Assembly: GCA_963791045.1 (NCBI GenBank)
Contig: CAWBQK010000007.1
Span: 1 to 64,000 of the forward strand
From: Candidatus Latescibacterota bacterium
GTDB taxonomy: Bacteria > Krumholzibacteriota > Krumholzibacteriia > WVZY01
Direction of reading: 5' to 3'
DNA: 64,000 nucleotides
Positions 60,238-64,000 of this stretch are shown here, one piece after another. The position numbers were made by a program, and so were the translations under genes. The notes below the pieces were generated by a model. The model did no database searches. It had not been told where the DNA came from and saw only the letters and a program-made list of their open reading frames with translations. Position 1 is the first letter of the stretch, and every line of letters begins with the position of its first letter.

Positions 60238-62063
60238 ATGAGCTACGAGGTCCTGGCGAGGAAATGGCGGCCGCAGACCTTCGACGAGGTCGTCGGCCAG
60301 GACCACATCACACGGACGCTGAAGAAAGCCGTCGAGCTCGGGCGGCTTTCGCACGCCTACCTTTTTTCCGGGCCCCGCGGCTGCGGCAAAACCAGTACGG
60401 CGCGTATTCTTGCCAAGGTGATCAACTGCACCGCACTCGAAGACGGAAATCCCATGCAACAAATGTGACTCATGTGATCGGGGTTACCCAGGGCAAAAAC
60501 CTGGATGTGATGGAGATCGACGGCGCCTCTCATACCGGTGTCGGTGAGGTCCGCGACCTTCAGGAAAGCATCGGTTACGTTCCCAGCCAGTTTAAAAACA
60601 AGGTTTACATCATCGACGAAGTCCACATGCTGTCGACGCATGCGTTCAACGCGCTTTTGAAGACACTTGAAGGAACCGCCCGCCGCATGTGTATTTCATC
60701 TTCGCCACGACGGCCCCCCACAAGATACCCGACACCATAAAATCGCGATGCCAGACGACATCAGTTCAAGCGGCTCGAGATCCGGGATATCGCCGTTCAT
60801 CTCGAAAAAATATGCGACGTGGAAAAGGTCAGATTTGAGAAGGACGCGCTGCGGCTTCTTGGCCGCAAAGCCGAGGGGAGCATGCGCGACGGGCAGAGTC
60901 TTCTCGATCAGTGTATCACCGCGTCTTCGGGTGATGTGAAAACACAGGCCGTCCGGGAAATTCTCGGGCTTCTGGATCAGGAACTCGTGATCGCTTTCCT
61001 ACGGAAGATTGCCGAGGGCGATTCGGGCGGTGTGCTCGCCCAGCTCGACGGAGCGATCCATGAGGGTGTCGATCTCGAGGAACTTCTCAACGCGCTCATC
61101 GAGGGGTTCAGGGACCTGATGTTGTTGGCAACTCCGGGCGATCTGGGTGATTTGGTGTTCAGGACCGCGGATGAACTGGAATTGATGCGTGGCCCGCTCG
61201 AATTGTACGAACTCGCCGACCTCGTTACTATTGTCGAGAGACTTTGCAATCTCAGTCCGCGTCTCAAGCTCGCGAGCGATCCGAGAATACTTCTCGAAAG
61301 CGTGCTGGTGGATTTGTCTCTGCTGGACCGCCAGATAAACATACGCGAATTAATAAACACGCTCGAAGGTTCCGGTTCGGAGCCGGGGCCGTCCCGAAAA
61401 CGTCCCGCGCAACCGGCGCCGAAGACAAAAAAAGGAACACAAACGGCGCCACGCGAATCGACCGCCCTTAGTGCGGCTGCCCCTGGTGCCGCGGCCCTTA
61501 GTGCGGCAGCCACGACGGAGCCCGGGGAAGACCGGCCTGTTGTGGTCGACCCTGCGGCGGGAGTCCGCAGGCCGGTGGTGGGATCGGTCGCGGCGGATTC
61601 CGGCGTTGATCCACTCGCTGCCGCCGGCGACCGTGACGGTGATGTGAATGCGAAGGACGTCGATCTGAGTTCGATGGACTATGCGAGTCAGCGGAAACTT
61701 TGGGAGAGCTTTGTTACCTACGTCCGGCAAAAAAAGGTTGCCCTCGGGGTGTGTTTGATTTCCGGTACGCTGCAGTCGATCGAGAAGAACGTGGTGACAC
61801 TTCGGTTTGCAAAAGGGTTTTCGTTCCAGAAAGACCAGGTTGAAAACGCGGCCAATCTGAAATTCTTAAACCTCATGACAAAAAAATATTTTGGACGAGA
61901 CCTCGAACTCGTTTGTTCATCGGATGACGGGTCCGGTCGCGCGCCTGTCCCCGGTCGTCGAAAGGGAAATTCTCAAAGCGACAAACCGGGAATCGAAACC
62001 AACCCGATTGTAAAAAAAATTCTCACCGAATTCGACGGTGAGATCGAACGCTACCATCAGTAG
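60238..62063 (+). CDS. dnaX: DNA polymerase III subunit gamma/tau (about 3 indels near 60465, 60668 and 60760)
   Basis: [53 protein letters not shown] in successive frames. Confidence 0.95.
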
Positions 62064-62079
62064 TCAAGGAGACCAACAA

Positions 62080-62391
62080 ATGGCGAATATTGGAAAATTG
62101 ATGAAGCAAGCCCAGGAAATGCAGCAAAAGATGGAGAAGATCCAACAAGAACTCGCCGAAAAAGAGGTTGAGGCGTCCAGCGGTGGGGGAATGGTCACTG
62201 TCAAGATGAACGGGCAGCAGGAAGTACTGGGCATCACGATCGACCCCGAGGTTTTTAACGACGGCGACAAGGAGATGCTTGAAGATCTCGTGGTCGCGGC
62301 GGTCAACGAAGCCCGGCGGCTGGTTCTCGAACTCACCCAACAGGAAATGGGAAAACTCACCGGCGGCCTGCCGATGCCGGGGCTTTTCTGA
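62080..62391 (+). CDS. ybaB: YbaB/EbfC nucleoid-associated protein
   Basis: MKQAQEMQ, SGGGMVTV, EMLEDLVVAAVNEA; lies between dnaX and recR. Confidence 0.96.
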   Translation: MANIGKLMKQAQEMQQKMEKIQQELAEKEVEASSGGGMVTVKMNGQQEVLGITIDPEVFNDGDKEMLEDLVVAAVNEARRLVLELTQQEMGKLTGGLPMPGLF

Positions 62392-62458
62392 TATCCGCCG
62401 AACCCGCTCAAATCCAGATTTCCAAGGCGAGCTTCTTGCAAAGTGAAAGGAGTATTGG

Positions 62459-63058
62459 ATGGAGTACGGTTCCGAGACTCTGGCCGGCTTGATAAAGCTG
62501 CTTTCGAGGATGCCGGGCATAGGGTTAAAGACGTCCCAGCGTCTCGCCTTGCACCTTCTCAGGTCGAAGACCGAGGACGTGGAGAAGCTGGGCAATCTCA
62601 TCCTCGAGTTGAAAGAAAAGGTCGGGTTTTGCGAATCCTGCGGGAGTATCACCGAGGGTGCGCAATGTGCAATTTGCAAGGATCCTGGCCGGAATCAGGA
62701 GATTATCTGTGTCGTCGAGCAGCCCCAGGATGTTCTCATTTTGGAGAAAACGGGGCAGTACAAGGGGCTTTATCATGTGCTCCACGGAGTTCTTTCTCCG
62801 ATCGACGGTATAGGCCCTGAAGACATTAATCTGGCCCGATTTGACGAGAGAATAAGGAATAACGGGGTAAAAGAGGTCATTATAGCGACCAATCCGTCGG
62901 TGGAAGGTGACACGACCGCCCTTTTTATCGCAAAAGCTCTCGAATCCGCGGGGTGTACTGTCACGAGACTTGCAAGGGGGCTCCCCATGGGAGGATCTCT
63001 CGAGTTCGCCGACGACCTGACTTTGGCTCGGGCGCTGGAGCGAAGAGAGAAACTCTAG
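62459..63058 (+). CDS. recR: Recombination mediator RecR
   Basis: MPGIGLKT HhH, C4 zinc finger, ICVVE, YHVLHG, ATNPSVEGDTTA, RLARGLPMGG. Confidence 0.98.
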   Translation: MEYGSETLAGLIKLLSRMPGIGLKTSQRLALHLLRSKTEDVEKLGNLILELKEKVGFCESCGSITEGAQCAICKDPGRNQEIICVVEQPQDVLILEKTGQYKGLYHVLHGVLSPIDGIGPEDINLARFDERIRNNGVKEVIIATNPSVEGDTTALFIAKALESAGCTVTRLARGLPMGGSLEFADDLTLARALERREKL

Positions 63059-63091
63059 GCCGAGATCTTGTCTCTCACTGCGGAGTAGCTC

Positions 63092-63588
63092 ATGGTAAAA
63101 GCCGACTGGACGATATACGAGGAAGACTATTGGGCAATCAATAGTGTGCTCAAGGAGTTGCTGAAGAATTCCAACTCTCAGAGCGTCTCCTGATCGACAA
63201 GACGGGGCAGATGATCGCCAGCGTCGGGCTCGAACCCGATTTCGATCTGATGAGCTTCGCGTCTTTGTGCGCGGCCGATTTCGAAGCGAACAGCCAACTG
63301 GCCAAATTAATCGGGGAGAAGGATTTCTCGACCCTTTATCACCAGGGGTCGGATGAGAGCATGTACCTCGCGAAGGTCGCTTCTCACATCATCCTCGTCG
63401 TGCTTTTCAACAAACGCACCACGCTCGGCCTGGTTCGGTTGCGTGTAAAGAAGGCCGTTGAGGGGCTGAACACGATCCTCAATCGCTTGTTCGACAAACT
63501 CGAGTACGAAAACGAAGATTTGAAAGAATTCGATGAAGAGTTCACCGAAGAACTCACTAAAGAAATCGACGCTCTTTTCTCGGATTAG
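63092..63588 (+). CDS. mglB: Roadblock/LC7 protein MglB (indel near 63188)
   Basis: [12 protein letters not shown]...[10 protein letters not shown] continues in another frame as [10 protein letters not shown]...[10 protein letters not shown]...[10 protein letters not shown]...[12 protein letters not shown]. Confidence 0.9.
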
Positions 63589-63602
63589 TTCAGGTAAGGA
63601 AA

Positions 63603-64000
63603 ATGTCGCTAATAAATTATTCGTCCCGGGAAATCAATTGCAAGATAGTCTATTATGGTCCGGGTCTTTGCGGGAAGACGACAAACATTCAGTACGTCTA
63701 CAACAAGGTCGCGCCCGAAACCAAGGGTAAGCTGATTACGCTCGCCACCGAAATGGACCGTACGTTGTTTTTTGATTTTCTGCCGCTCGAACTCGGTACG
63801 GTTAAAGGATTCAAGACTCGTTTCCATCTTTACACTGTTCCCGGCCAGGTGTACTACGACGCCAGCCGGAAACTGATTCTGCGCGGCGTCGACGGTATTG
63901 TCTTTGTCGCCGATTCTCAGATGTCTCGATACGACGCCAACATCGAGAGTCTTTACAACCTCCACGAAAACCTCGAAGAGTACAACCTCAGTGTCGACGA
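63603..64000 (+). CDS. mglA: Small GTPase MglA (runs off the window end)
   Basis: [61 protein letters not shown]. Confidence 0.97.
   Translation, partial: MSLINYSSREINCKIVYYGPGLCGKTTNIQYVYNKVAPETKGKLITLATEMDRTLFFDFLPLELGTVKGFKTRFHLYTVPGQVYYDASRKLILRGVDGIVFVADSQMSRYDANIESLYNLHENLEEYNLSVD

Noticed and set aside
60460-60770. dnaX frame breaks as programmed frameshifts
   Set aside because: They fall inside the AAA+ core and would destroy both tau and gamma; they match the window-wide indel errors.

Overview
A GC-rich bacterial chromosomal window. It contains no phage, IS, integrase, CRISPR or rRNA. Secreted proteins ending in FlgD-Ig/T9SS-like tails or a short (S/T)WGKxKSL(Y/F) tail suggest a Latescibacterota/Krumholzibacteriota-like FCB-group organism (inference). 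Many genes, including essential dnaX, are split by single-base indels, most likely long-read assembly errors. In order the window holds: a 5'-degenerate tRNA-Phe; a TPR protein/ECF sigma/anti-sigma operon; an outer-membrane barrel and a thioredoxin-TPR protein; and a 16.6 kb minus-strand energy operon. That operon runs 2-oxoacid:ferredoxin oxidoreductase alpha/beta, degenerate PFOR-like ferredoxin protein, rnfB, a 1559-aa PFOR-like protein lacking its catalytic motifs, rnfCDGEA, a small Cys-rich membrane protein and apbE. Next come a PfkB kinase, two giant repetitive secreted LamG/Ig(/SGNH) proteins, an Omp85 barrel paired with a lipoprotein carrying atypical-kinase motifs, fbp, a GldA/GldF-GldG/DUF4340 ABC set, an alkaline-phosphatase-superfamily enzyme, a class V aminotransferase and DUF1684. 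The last part has a 7Fe ferredoxin, a second oxidoreductase operon (por gamma / GltD-in-delta fusion / alpha / beta), GT4, tadA, three tRNAs, an unexplained structured element after tRNA-Ser, a large Alu-containing SRP RNA and dnaX-ybaB-recR-mglB-mglA. The best candidates for undescribed biology are the OFOR/pseudo-PFOR/Rnf operon, the Omp85 plus exported kinase pair, and the structured RNA-like element at 58325-58487.
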